Shown in pieces: positions 1 through 12,244 of a DNA stretch of 64,000 bases (its first letter is position 1; each line of letters opens with the position of its first letter). The DNA is from Phoronis australis (lineage: Eukaryota > Animalia > Phoronida). Below the pieces are notes generated by a model. It worked only from the letters and a program-made list of their open reading frames with translations. It did no database searches and was not told the origin of the DNA. A program made the translations under genes and the position numbers. Where the stretch lies: the NCBI GenBank assembly GCA_002633005.1, contig NMRA01000501.1:1-64000 (forward strand), given 5' to 3'.

Positions 1-2833
1 AAAATCGGGGCAAGCAGCGTAAAGTTATTGCAATTTTTGTGGCGAAATTTGGGTCACTTTGTTTGGATAGCGTCGGCCATATTGGAGGACAGCGGGATAA
101 GTTACGAGCTTAAAACTTTGTGTAAATTGTTTTCGCCAACAATTTACAGTGAAATTTAGTGAGACATATTCTGCATGATTCAATGGTTTTCACCAAAATT
201 CAGCCTCGCGGTTCTTACTTATTAAGTGATAAATGTGCTCACAATTCTCGTTGGACTTCGTCTCATTTCTGGCGGTACCGACAACAAGGCGACTTTTGCT
301 GAACTGAAAGGCATGTTCAACCTGTTACTTTGTAATTTGGGAAGATTTAACGTTGATACATTTTGAAAAACGTTGCTACAAAGAAGAGTTTTGTTCAATT
401 TTCGTGTTTTTGTGCAAAAACTACATGTATAACATATATTTGAATTATTTTACTGTGACTTTTCCACTCAGGTGACCTTACTCTTAGCTAAACAAATAGT
501 TGAAATGATTTTGAAATGTTTTTTATTTGACTGTCAACTGCTGTTCAAGGCTTGATGAGATGTCACAAAATGACTCATATTTTTCTAAAGTTTAAGTTTA
601 AGTTTAAATTGCTTTCAAGTCATGTTTTTTAGCTTATTGCTTTCTTAATTCAGATTATCAAGTCAACAATATGAAAAATCTTAATTAGAGAAATAAGCTA
701 TGTTGGATTGTGAAGCTTCAAACCTCCAATTCTTGTTCCTTGCAACTTTGTATTTTCTTTAAATCATGCGTCTCAAATTCTGGTGTAAGGAAACACTATT
801 CGGTCACCATGGTAAGAGTTACACGTACATGTATGTCCAACTTTCATATCATGGAAACTTGTGCTGTTGGATAGTGTTTGTAATGCTTAAATGTTGTAAA
901 GTATTGTGCATTATAAGTTACTTATTATGGTAAAAGGTTGAGTCGTTTTGGCATAATGAATAAAAATGATAACATTTTGTATTGAACTTGTCATACTTAT
1001 GTGCTCGAACGAGCCCCTTATTTGGAGAAATGGAAAAGGGTCTGCCTCAGTTATAGAAGCACGAACTCCGAAAAAAGTAGAAAACGAGACAAATGTCCAC
1101 TAGAAGACAGGAAGTACCAAAATTTAGCGTCTGCAATTCATAGCTCTGAACATACCCAGTGAATCTTATAGTAAAAGGTAGACATTCCCAAAAATTCCAG
1201 CCCCCCCGCCCATTTTTAAGACTTGGTGCGCTCATGCAAAGTCTGGGCAAATCTGTATTGAAAGCCATCTTTGCACAGTTCGCCAGAAGACCCCAAGTTC
1301 TAAATAAACCTCGTTTGAGCGAGCGCTGTGGCCAGGGACCAGGTAGGCCTAAGGGTAGCCTTGGCGCAAAGCTGTATAGGCCCACTAACAAACTGTATTT
1401 TGGCGATAGTCTTCATACTGGTAGCAGGCACTGAGGCTAGCTAAGGGCTGCCGCGGCAGTGTGACACAGGACTAACCAGCCCGTAATTTTATGTAAGTGT
1501 CTGAAACTATCTTTGAATATATACGGCATTCATGATTTGAACATTTCACTTCGACAAAACAGCTTGCAACCGCATGCCTTTACCGTTCGCCAGTGTCTGG
1601 TCTCGATCCGCACTGGGTGCGATAGGCTGCTGCCCCCAGTCCGGCAAAATAATTTCTGTCAAAATTTATACGCCACAGTTCTTCAGCAAATTCGATAAAA
1701 TTGTCCGTATTTTGATTTTATTAAACTTAAGGCGCGCTGTCGAGTATTTTATCCCCGTTTGCAGGCTGGTAACAGGCACTGCTCCAGTCGCACTGACGGC
1801 GTTTTCTTAGCCTGGGTTCCTGAATGAATTGTACTTCCAGGTTCGTGGCAAGTTCAAAATGGCGGTGGTTCTTCGGGTGCGAATCGTGAGTGGCGCGTTC
1901 ATTTAAACTTTTTTCGAGTACGGATCGTGTATTAGTTATGGGGTAGGTACTTCTTCGATCCTTATAACATCTTCTAACCATGTAATAAGGGTTAACAATG
2001 TGTGCTTCTTGGACTTAAAGCACCCAGCGTGTTGCATTTGTTTGCTGTGTTTTTCCTTTGACCCAGTAGGTGTGGGTTAGTCCCTGGGACAAATAGATAC
2101 ATTGCATAAACAATCCCTGGGATATTTTTGCTCTGTTTGAAGAAAATTTAATTTCGAAAATATCGTCTGAAAATGAACAAAAATGTGCATTAGTAAAATC
2201 TACAAGTTTTTAAGTGGTTTCAAAAACAGTCGGTAAATGCACCGATTTTCGTCTCAGTTCTTCGATGCCTCTTTCTACCGAGAGGTTAGCAGACGAGCAC
2301 TACAAATTGGAACGCTAAGTCCCGCGTGTCTGCGCTGCGCTGCACACGAAAGAAGATGGCGGACGACCATTGGAGCCTGACAACGATAGGTATCCCGACG
2401 ATATACTAAATACACAGCTTTGCGCCGACGTGGGTAAAAAACTAACCATGTAAAGTCTGCCACAAAATTATTGTCTTTATAAAGACGACATTCTTCCTTG
2501 AGTAGACTAAATTATTTACCGGCGTTCTACCGTTATTCTGCTGCTAAAGTTGTGGAGCGATCTTTTGCGTCAGCTTTCTCTGGCATCATAGATTATAGTC
2601 TGGCGGCATAATGATGAAATATTGCGTCACCTGTGAGCCAGTTTTTTCGCCGATTTTTAAATCAACTATTGTTCTTTTATAAGGTTGCGTACACGTCACA
2701 ACAACTTATCGGATCTGGTTTCATTTCAATATAAGTTTTTAGAATTTTAATACTAGCAAACCGAATTTCAGAACAAATCGCAGAAAGTTAAGAAATGGCG
2801 CGTGCGCTTGTCACGAGCGTACATGTACTTTAA

Positions 2834-3849
2834 AAGGGAACTGTATTTTATTCTGAATAAATTCTGGATAGTTTTCTATGAATTGTTGATTAATTTCACA
2901 AATAATTCAACACCAGACATTAAACTTATATTCTCTAACGAAGCTCAAAAAAATACCGGCTTGGAGCGCTGCTTAGTCTCGTGACGTATTTGGCGGGGGC
3001 CAAGTCACTGTCCTGTGTTAGCGTGCAATCAAGTAGCGTTTTTCATATTGTCGGAATAAGAAATTTTAGTGTGAAATGTCGGGTCACCAGGGATACCTGT
3101 TTGAGCCGAGGCAACACAAATTGATACCCAGTCATCGTCATCGTAAAACGAAAATTTGCCGGTGCAACCAGTCCGTATCAACAGTTTACACTGGTGTGAC
3201 TGTGCCGAGGGCAATGTGGACTCTAGCCATCTAGTCAGCCAGCTGTCAGCCAATACTCACNNNNNNNNNNNNNNNNNNNNNNNNNNNNNNNNNNNNNNNN
3301 NNNNNNNNNNNNNNNNNNNNNNNNNNNNNNNNNNNNNNNNNNNNNNNNNNNNNNNNNNNNNNNNNNNNNNNNNNNNNNNNNNNNNNNNNNNNNNNNNNNN
3401 NNNNNNNNNNNNNNNNNNNNNNNNNNNNNNNNNNNNNNNNNNNNNNNNNNNNNNNNCCAAGGCTTGGGTAACCCGGCGATGGTATGCGAAGACCATCCCA
3501 TTAGAAGACACCTTTTTCGAAGCGTTTGAGCAACCAGGTGCCATACAAAAAGGCATAGCGAACCTTTTACAGTACTGTGGCAAACAATAAAAAATAAGGA
3601 CGATTGATACAATGATAAATTACGATGTAAACTCTTCAAATATGACATAAGCAATGAATGTGTAAAGCAGCCGATACCCCGCCGTTCACGTCACTGACAC
3701 ATCAGCCAATCAGCGATCGCTTTCAGAATTCATTGTTTTGACCATGAATATGATTCGGCTTTTGTTTGGCACGCAAGTCAGGCAAATGTGAGTTTTATTT
3801 GTGTTTTAGAACCGATTAACTGCAACATTATTTTGACTACAGTCCCCTT
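2834..3849 (-). mobile_element. Kolobok-like DNA transposon remnant (spans gap 3261-3456)
   Basis: TTAA at 2830-2833 and 3850-3853; TIR aagggaactgta / aaggggactgta. THAP-like start MPFCMAPGCSN on minus strand (ATG 3556); convergent disrupted plus-strand GYLFEP...RINSLHWCDC (3091-3203). Confidence 0.7.
3261..3456. other. Assembly gap
   Basis: Run of N. Confidence 1.
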
Positions 3850-4417
3850 TTAAACGATGACATAGTTTTCTTTGTTACAAAAGGTGGAGAATTACGCCAC
3901 AAAATGACGTTTATTAGATTGTTTTTCACTTTTAAAAACGGCTGTAACGGGCAAGGTGAGTGTCGATTGACTCCCAGATTTTGCCTGCACCCCGTCCGGT
4001 CTTTAGCTCTACATGTTGATACAAAATACACGGCAAGGTGACGAGCAGAACTACCCGGGTTGTGTGCAATTTAGAGATCTGTCAGCGCTGAACACACAGT
4101 GGTACCGAGCTGTATTTTGACAATACCGTCATACACCTGGGTACACTGTGTGTTGAGCTCCGTTAGTACCCGAAATTTCACACAGGTCGTGTAGTTATGC
4201 TCGTCACCTCGTCGGGAAAACGATATCAACATCTAGAGCTAACGACCGGCTGGCTGTAAGCAAACTGCGAGTCAACCGACACTCACCTTGCCCGTTACGG
4301 CCGTTTAAGTTAAAAATAATGTAATCAACGTCTTTTTCTGCCTTTTGTAACGAAGAAAAGTCTGTCGTCGTTTTTGAAAACAGTACGCTCGTGACACGCG
4401 CACACACCATTTCTTAA

Positions 4418-5384
4418 ACAGTACACACCATGGATTTTTGCACATTTTGAATTACCGGTGGCCACAGACCAAATGTATGACGTAAAATTTAGGTAAATCC
4501 ATGTTTATTTTGTGTAATTAGCTCGAAATTTTGATTTTTCTTTCAATTTTGCCAATTTTCACATTCCCCGCCATGTGACGTCATGGGTTGAACACAAGAG
4601 ATCAGTGACTAGCATTGAACAATGGCTGAGAGCAGGGAATTTGAAAGCGACGACGATTATGAGCAAGAATTGAACGAATACTATATGAAAAAACGTACGA
4701 GCATGGTGGCCAGAATGAGGAAATGAGGTTGCACGAAAGCGAGAACAAGTTTAATGTGCTTCCGGCTGCGTACTTTTCTACTTTGAGCCTTACGAACTGG
4801 ATCCTTCCGCGAAAGAAGCGGCCTCGGGCTCGGCAAGTCAACCCAGTCATTCAACAGACGATCCTGAATTATGAGCTGATGTTGTTTCTGAATGATAAAT
4901 ATTGTCTTTTATTGAACCAGTCCTTCATCGTAACGTCTCTTGTGACTGGAGTCGAAACACGAGTCCTCAAAGTGGGCAGAACACAGAGTGACCCCGGACA
5001 GAATCGCTTGTTCCACGATGACGTCCCGCACTCTCGTTCGGCGCACGAAGCGATGCCACTTCTGCGCAACTTTGATGTCCTTCGGAACACCGAGACGTTC
5101 TCCGCCTGGCTGCTGTTGCTGAAGCCTCCGGAAACACATCTTTTGACCCCTCTACGAACCTTCTAGACGCTAAATGTACTTTGCTTTCTCTTCACTCTAT
5201 ACACTTTGTCTCTGATCCGAACAGTATGGCAAACGACTTGGGTTCAACCCATGACGTTGTATATAATTATTATTTTTTCAATTTTTGCGTGTTTCTTTAT
5301 GAGCTGTGCACTAAAGGCAATGAAATCAAGTAAGATATAATAATAAAATTTATTTTGAGGTACTAGAGTCATGTTGTGTACACT
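4418..5384 (-). mobile_element. Kolobok-like non-autonomous element with THAP pseudogene
   Basis: TTAA at 4414-4417 and 5385-5388; TIR acagtacacaccatg / agtgtacacaacatg; internal inverted repeat acgtcatgggttgaac (about 4578 and 5257); convergent ORF remnants. Confidence 0.75.
4950..5147 (-). pseudogene. Frameshifted THAP zinc-finger remnant
   Basis: KRCVSGGFSNSSQAENVSVF / frameshift / PKDIKVAQKWHRFVRRTR...LCSAHFEDSCF fits the THAP consensus (C..C, FP, W, LCSxHF). Confidence 0.8.
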
Positions 5385-6126
5385 TTAAATTTTTGCGACT
5401 CCGTAGACTACATTTATAGTACATGGACTGCTATTTCCAATGGACGAAATATGTGATCTTGCGCATAAGCCTTGACGTCATTAGTCACTAGCGACACCTG
5501 GCAGACATAGCACGCTTCACTACCGGCAAGTACGTCGTCTGCTAATCATGGTCATTTCGTCGGGACCTGGATTGTTGGTTTTGTCCAACTCACATCTGTG
5601 TTTTAATAAATTGAACGCTCGTATCTCGTACTTCAACACTAGGAACCAGTAGTTCAAAAGCAATTTACATACTTAACGAGACGTTTCATTTTATTCGTGA
5701 ATGCACGCCAGTGCCGCTCAAAATTTCTGGACTCTACTGTTGGAAGGCCGTTTCAATGCCGAAATATTTTTTCGTCGTTGTACTAGACAGTAAAATAGAT
5801 GGAATAGTTTCCCGTCACAATACACTAGCCGGAAGATGAGCTTTCTATGTTTAGAAGGTGGCGCCTCCTCTACTCTGGGATATTTCGCAAGAAAATGTCG
5901 GAGTTGTGAATTTGTTGTCTACAATCTATGATTTCTCGTACGGGCAGAAAAAAAACGCAGCCAAGATTTCCGCGGTGCCACATCGGCTGACATTTCGATC
6001 AATGTTTAGCACAGATCCGATGCCTCAATTTTTATCAAAATATCCCGCTCATTCAAAACGGAGTACCCGTTTTTTCATTCTCCAGTGTTTGCAACGACAG
6101 TAGTCCGAAATAAAATTCCGTCATGC

Positions 6127-6190
6127 AATAGTTCGACGGACCGATAGTCCGACGGACCAATAGTCCGAAGGGGCTATATTCCAAAGGGCA
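6127..6190. repeat. Degenerate 15-bp tandem repeat (aatagtccgacggac-like, about 4 units)
   Basis: Direct reading of the sequence. Confidence 0.7.
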
Positions 6191-7135
6191 TATCTCTTGG
6201 AGAAAAGTATGGAAATGTCCTTAACTTGTAATGGAAGTCAGCGTCGTTCTCATTATGAAAAGACATAACCATTAAATAGAATAGTCACAAGTCAATTTTG
6301 TGTCAAATGTGTGTGACCACAATGAAATGATTTTAGATAGTAATATTGGCTTAATGGTGAAATCAGTATTGCAAATGACAAGACAACAATCAGTCCAACT
6401 TTTAAGAAGTGAAACAGATATTTCTTCATTTCAGATAATAACACTATTCGTCACACTCTCAGCAGCCTTAGTGGTGAAGGAAGACAACAAGATGTTCTTC
6501 AAGAACGGGACGTTTGCAGGAAAAGAAGTGAAAACGTTAAGTAAGGCCCACAAATGTTAAACGACCCCACTTTATTTTCGAGAAGGCGGGAAAAGTGGGC
6601 GCACAAGCACCCAGTTAGTCCCACTGTGTCTAAAGCGTAAAATCAGTCTGATCATTAAAAGTTGATTTTTTGCCTAATACACATGTATGTAAGAATGCAC
6701 TCGGGGATGGCACAGCAATTAAACTCTCTGTCCCACTAGCACTTACCACGGATCTGGGAATCCTGAGAACGGGGTGAAATTAATGCATCACTACATTTCA
6801 CGAAGCTTATCAAGCATAGATAAAACTAACGGTGCACAGATAAGCTTGAAGCGAGGGGTATTGGTCTGTCTTTGTGCGCTCGTATTTCAGTCTTCGTTGT
6901 TACATGTATATTCCCGACGTAAGGTCCTCCTCCCAGATAAATGTTCTGCAGTCCGTGGGGAGGGTTAACTACTGCCACTATCACAGCTGTGGGCGATTTA
7001 AGATAACTGGCCTATACACTGTATGCCAATTGGGGGATTTCATCTAAGGCGATGCTCTCGTACTGTGGGACGGTTGGCGACTCGTAAAATCACGTGACAT
7101 CACAATGAAGTGCACAAACTTTAGATTACTGTGTG

Positions 7136-7400
7136 CATGCGCGCACCCAGCCTTTAATATGGGGGGGGCTCGAATTTCCGACGATATGGGCCTTTTACCG
7201 ACAAAAAACCGAAGGACTAAAAAAAACCGGGTACCACGTCCAGAGCTGTGAATTGTGCGTTTGCGCCTATTTAGTGGACTTTTTGTCTCCTTTTCTCTGC
7301 CTTTTTGTTTCTCTGAGACGGACCTTTTGGTCCACCTCGCCAAATGGGGGGCTCGTTCGAGCCCCCCCCCCCCCCCCCCCCCCCCCCCNGTGCGCGCTTG
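7136..7400. mobile_element. MITE with 5-bp TSD (family also at 15262-15490; diverged inverted copy about 25010-25235)
   Basis: TIR catgcgcgcac / gtgcgcgcttg; TSD GTGTG at 7131-7135 and 7401-7405. Confidence 0.8.
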
Positions 7401-8068
7401 GTGTGAATGCACTTCAAACCAAAAATCTCTGCGCAGCCTAATTCACATTGAGTCCCAGTTTCGAAATTCGTGCGCATAGAACAAGCTGGATCATCAAAAA
7501 ACGTGTGTAGCGTGAATTGACCCAAAAGTCCATGGGCCAGTTTGGAGAACACATGGGCCGTGCTAGATTTTGTCCTTTTTCGCTTCCATTTTTAATGGGC
7601 CCGTTGGCTCGAGGTCACCAATTACATTGCGCCAATGAATGAAATTATTTTTACGCCACTGGCTCGAGGTGCGCTCCTACAATTATACCTGTTGAACGCG
7701 ACCAAATAATGTCACTAACATTTAAATGCGTTGTCTACTGTTCCAGAGAAGCCTCTGACTGGCGTTGTAGCTACCTACGCTATTTGGAGTGTGTCGTCAT
7801 TTGTAGGATACATCGGCTGCGCACAGGTGAATATCCCTTCCAGACTGCACGTGACAGTGCTATAAATCGTCTTCCAACACAACGACCAACTGTTGATTTA
7901 GACCACATAATATTATTATGAAAGCGGTCTCAAACTGTTTCTTAGTCAAACTGGAGGTGGTTTCAATGCTTGGGACGAACTGGCAATTCGTTATTGCTTG
8001 TTATCAGGCTCGACAACTTGGTTTGTCAGTGCATGTCATTTTATTGCGCCGAGTATGGTCTCGCGAAA

Positions 8069-8409
8069 CAGGGCCAACGTTCATCCGAGGGGAAAGGTGT
8101 ATGTGGCTACTGAGAGTGGAATTTTTTTCAAGTTATGGTAAATTCTATCTCTCGATCACCATCAATAGTACGCCCGCGCTGTTGCAAGCTCTCAGAGGCT
8201 GTGCCTCAAGTAGCCAAAACTAACATCTTGTGCTCTTTCAAATTGTCACCCGCGTGGGTTACAAGTGATTTGAACCTCAAGGGGAAATTTTCAATCACTC
8301 AAGGAGAATTTTCGGGCCTCATGGGAGGAATTTCGCGTGATTTTTCAATACTTTTAATTGGGAAATAGGGCCGATATTCGACTCCAAAATCGAGGGATTG
8401 GGGGCCCTG
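8069..8409. mobile_element. MITE with 5-bp TSD (homologous copy about 60633-60950)
   Basis: TIR cagggcc / ggccctg; TSD CGAAA at 8064-8068 and 8410-8414; internal sequence shared with 60644-60950. Confidence 0.8.
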
Positions 8410-10073
8410 CGAAATAACGAACTCCTAGTACTTTGCAAACCCAAAAGTAATTCCCCATCTGATTAAGGAACACTTTGACGTCAGTCTTACAGCGCTTGGT
8501 CAAATTAGAAACTCGGGTTGGCGGACAGAACGCGGTGTTTATAGCCGATTTTAATTTTAGTCTTGGAAGTATTGTGCTTTTAACTTGTGAAACCTAAGAA
8601 ATCATAGAATACTTTCAGTGGCTCACCTTTGTTACAGCTAGCGTCTTTGTGCTTGCTTCAAAACCTACAAGCAAATTACCATAACGAAAGCACTCAGCAG
8701 CGAAATTTAGCTAAGCCAACTGAAGAAGTAAAATGTACCAGACACCAGTGACGACCACGATCTCTATAGATGACGGTGATATCGAAGACGACATCGAAGA
8801 CTACGACACCGCCAAATACAACCCGACCGAAACTTTTTGACCAGTGCAAGCCCCAATTACAATGACGTTGACTTTAAAACCGACGATTCCACCACTGAAA
8901 TGAAATCAAACGAAGTTAAGTCAACGTAAACAAAAAAAAAAATAAAACATGGACGAATGACGATTAAAATATTATTCCGTATGCAAAAGATTAGGCCTAC
9001 TTCAAAATGATGAAAAAATATTTATTCTTGGCCTTCCTGAATTAAGCCAGGGTCGACTACCTGTACCAAAATTCAATTGGTCAAGTGACAGATTACAAAA
9101 CGAATTCCTACACGTGCCTGCGAAAGTAGATTAAAAACGATAAGGTTAAAAACTGGGATATACATGTAATGGTAAGTGTTTCTCATTAAGAAAGAAAATC
9201 AGTTACTACCACTGAATTCAATTTGACAAGTCTCTAAATCGATTTTTCCCTGCCAACGTCTACAGAGGTAGGCCTACCAGACCTTTCAGTCGGATTCTCA
9301 AAGCCGTATCTGAGTCCCAAAAACAACTGGAAAAATCAAATTTCAGTGCATGAAAAGAAAAAAACAGACCTCGTACACTTAGGGTTTGACGAGATCTATT
9401 CACACAACAAATTTCATTAAGATTCGATGGAGGACGACGGTGCTGTCATTCTGACACCCGCAGTAGATGTTCATTTTTATGTGTCTACCCAGTGTATACT
9501 CAGTTTTATTGTCCACCATCTGATGAATTCACAAAACATTGTCGAATAAACCGAAAAAAAACGTGTGAGGAAGAAATAGAAAACATGATAAAAGAGTTAC
9601 ATATTCTTTAAGGATGCCTGTTCAACTTGATCCTTATTAAGATGTGGCTTAATTTTGTCATTGTTTGAAGCCATGCAGGGCGTAACAAGTGAACTTGTAG
9701 ACCGTTTTGTCACAGAAGAAAGGCTATGGCCGCTTTGAAATTGAGAACGGAAATTTGTAAGTAGGCACCTATTCGGATGTTTAGTGATGACGTGTCATTG
9801 CTGTAGCTGACCCAATTTCGATCCGAAAATAAGAATAGACATGCCGTCACACTGGGTCCAAAACGTCATAATGACGTCAAAATGAAAATAACACAACACT
9901 TAAAATACACTTTTTAAGCTTGGCTTTGTAACTAATAGGGGACTAGGCGGTAATGTCACGTCAACAGAAGTTAATACAGAAAGTCGGAGGACATTGGGTG
10001 GTCTCTAATGAGCCATGAGGGTGCACCCGGCTTAACATAAAAACCCCACCGTGAACTGACAGTTTGACTTTAA

Positions 10074-10535
10074 AGAGGTCTGGAACGCGAGAAGCCGATT
10101 AAATTGCATTACTTTGCCACTGAAACAGAATTCAACCTGGTCATCAAGTATTTTTCGGTTTGTTCGTAAAAATGAATTTTTGATAAAATTATTTTTATTT
10201 TAGTTTCAAATTTCAAAAAACGATGTGTGAACTGCCCCTTGTTTCGTCGTTTTTTCTTCCACAATGCAAAGCATGTCCCCCTTATTCGGTATGGCAAGAC
10301 TTATAGACCTAACACATTCCCCTTATTTGGATTATGTGACCTTTGACTTTGCTGTTCAAACGAAACAATGTTGACTTCAAGTAACAGCTAGTCCCATTAA
10401 GAGGCGTATTTCAAAAGTCTTGAATTTTTCTAGAAATTCCTTCACAGGGAAAGTGAATAACTCTGTAGCAGAGGGTGAGATATGACACTTTCGTCAGGAA
10501 CTTTTTTTTGAAAAGATTTCGCGTTCCATGCCTCT
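10074..10535. mobile_element. TTAA-flanked MITE with AG...CT ends (Kolobok-type)
   Basis: TIR agaggtctggaacgcga / agaggcatggaacgcga (15/17); TTAA at 10070-10073 and 10536-10539. Confidence 0.8.
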
Positions 10536-11812
10536 TTAAATGTCTAAAGCTCTATGAATTGGAGCTCAAAAGGTATCAGAGGGCAGAATAAAACGTCTAC
10601 GGGCACGGGGTCGCCAGTGTGCGTAGCGAGGTTATAACTTTACTATGTTGCCTATAGATATTCTTGCGATATATTTTTTAATTTGTAGATGAACTGGATT
10701 TTACTGGGGCAGTTCTTCGTCGTCTCCATATTGTGTAAAGTCTTTACACTGCTGGGCATTGTTGTCGTACTTGGAAATGGCCATTTTAGTAAGTGCAATC
10801 AGGGGTGCGTTCTGTTGAGCAAGTTTCCTGGGTGTTTGGTGAGATCACACAACTTCATGCAAAACCACGCGATTGAATTTCACTACGGCGTGTATCATGA
10901 GTAAGCTTGCGACCTTCACAGCGAACGCAAGCGAATTGCTGAAAGAGACTGGACGATGAGGTTGGAATTTTGGATTATGTTTTGGTTGTACGATGAGTCA
11001 AGACTTCTCGCTACAAGTGTCTTGCGAGAGTCTGGCATTACGGAACGCGCCTCACGTTATCGTCATCAGCGATCTTCGTTCCATTCCGCTTAATTCTATA
11101 CGGGATTTCAAGCAGATCGTGTATGATTCTGTTTGCGCTAAAAATACAAATCGCTGACAAAGGCATATTTCAGTTTTCCATTGAACCTACTGCTATTCAG
11201 GCGATTTTCATCTTTAGCAACGATACTGAAATGATTTGGCCTCCCTATCAATTTCTGGAAACTTGTTTCTGCCATTAATTGAGCGCCACAATGATCTCGT
11301 GACGTTGGTTTTCCATTTCGCGCCTCCCCGCCCGCGCCTGTCCGTATGATGTAGAATACGTGTACGACTCCAATATTTCACTGAATTGGAATAGGCGGGT
11401 AGACTTTTTTATTTAGTTGTGAAAATAATTGAACAAACACTTGCGATGCTCAAATGCTGTTTCCCATTTGGTACGTAACACTGTAATGAGTTTATGGTCA
11501 AGAAAATGGGTTCAACTAAAGTATGCGCCGAGAACAGGGTCGAGTTCAGTAACGCCAATATTTCCTCAGAAAAGCAAGATCTCGCGAGATATCGCCGTGC
11601 GTTTTCAATGAGAGCGCGTGATTTTCACTAGATACTGTCTCGCTGCGAGACAGTTTTTGATCTCGACCAAGGGATATTGGGAGCTAAAATCGGGATTATA
11701 TGAGCTGCTATAATGTATGCTTGCAGGTACGTAGTTATTTGTGAATAATTGTCTAAATGAAGAATGCTCTAGTTGAGAGAACTTCAGTGGGATAACACTA
11801 GGCTTGCCTTAA

Positions 11813-12244
11813 AGATGGTGTGTCTCATTAAAACCGTGAATATTTGAATTTGTAACAAGCGCCACCTAGTGACTTCCTAGAGAAATATGTACAAGAAAAA
11901 TCAGGAAAAGAAACATTTTGTAAATAAATTACAGTTTTAAAGAAAACACCATCACTGATACACTAAGAACACATGTAAACATACAAAATCCTAGTAATTC
12001 CGGATATTACGCAACCGTTATTTGATAGTGAAATAATAAAAACTGTCTTGTTTCATTAGGGTAACGATGAAATATTACCATACTCATTTACATAAAAAAG
12101 TGGCTTAGTCTCGCAATTCGAGATTTTTGCGAGGTTGTAATGGTAACTGGTTCTCGGATGGTTTCCGGCACATCGGAAAACCTGGGGTTGTTTGTACACT
12201 GGTACGTCCTATACATATTCACAAGTTAATGAGACATAGCACCT
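11813..12244. mobile_element. TTAA-flanked MITE with AG...CT ends (Kolobok-type)
   Basis: Imperfect ~30-bp TIR (..tgtctcattaa..gtgaatat); TTAA at 11809-11812 and 12245-12248. Confidence 0.7.

Larger units (their letters stand above)
2778..5398. mobile_element. Foldback (whole-length palindromic) non-autonomous element, interrupted by two TTAA-site insertions
   Basis: Arm 2778-2833 plus 3854-4120 is the diverged reverse complement of 4125-4417 plus 5385-5398 (e.g. aacgggcaaggtgagtgtcg / cgacactcaccttgcccgtt); centre near 4122. Confidence 0.75.

Noticed and set aside
1855-1895. CAAAATGGCGG (YY1/Kozak-like) followed by MAVVLRVRI and a GTGAGT donor as a first exon
   Set aside because: No downstream exons could be found and it lies among transposon remnants.
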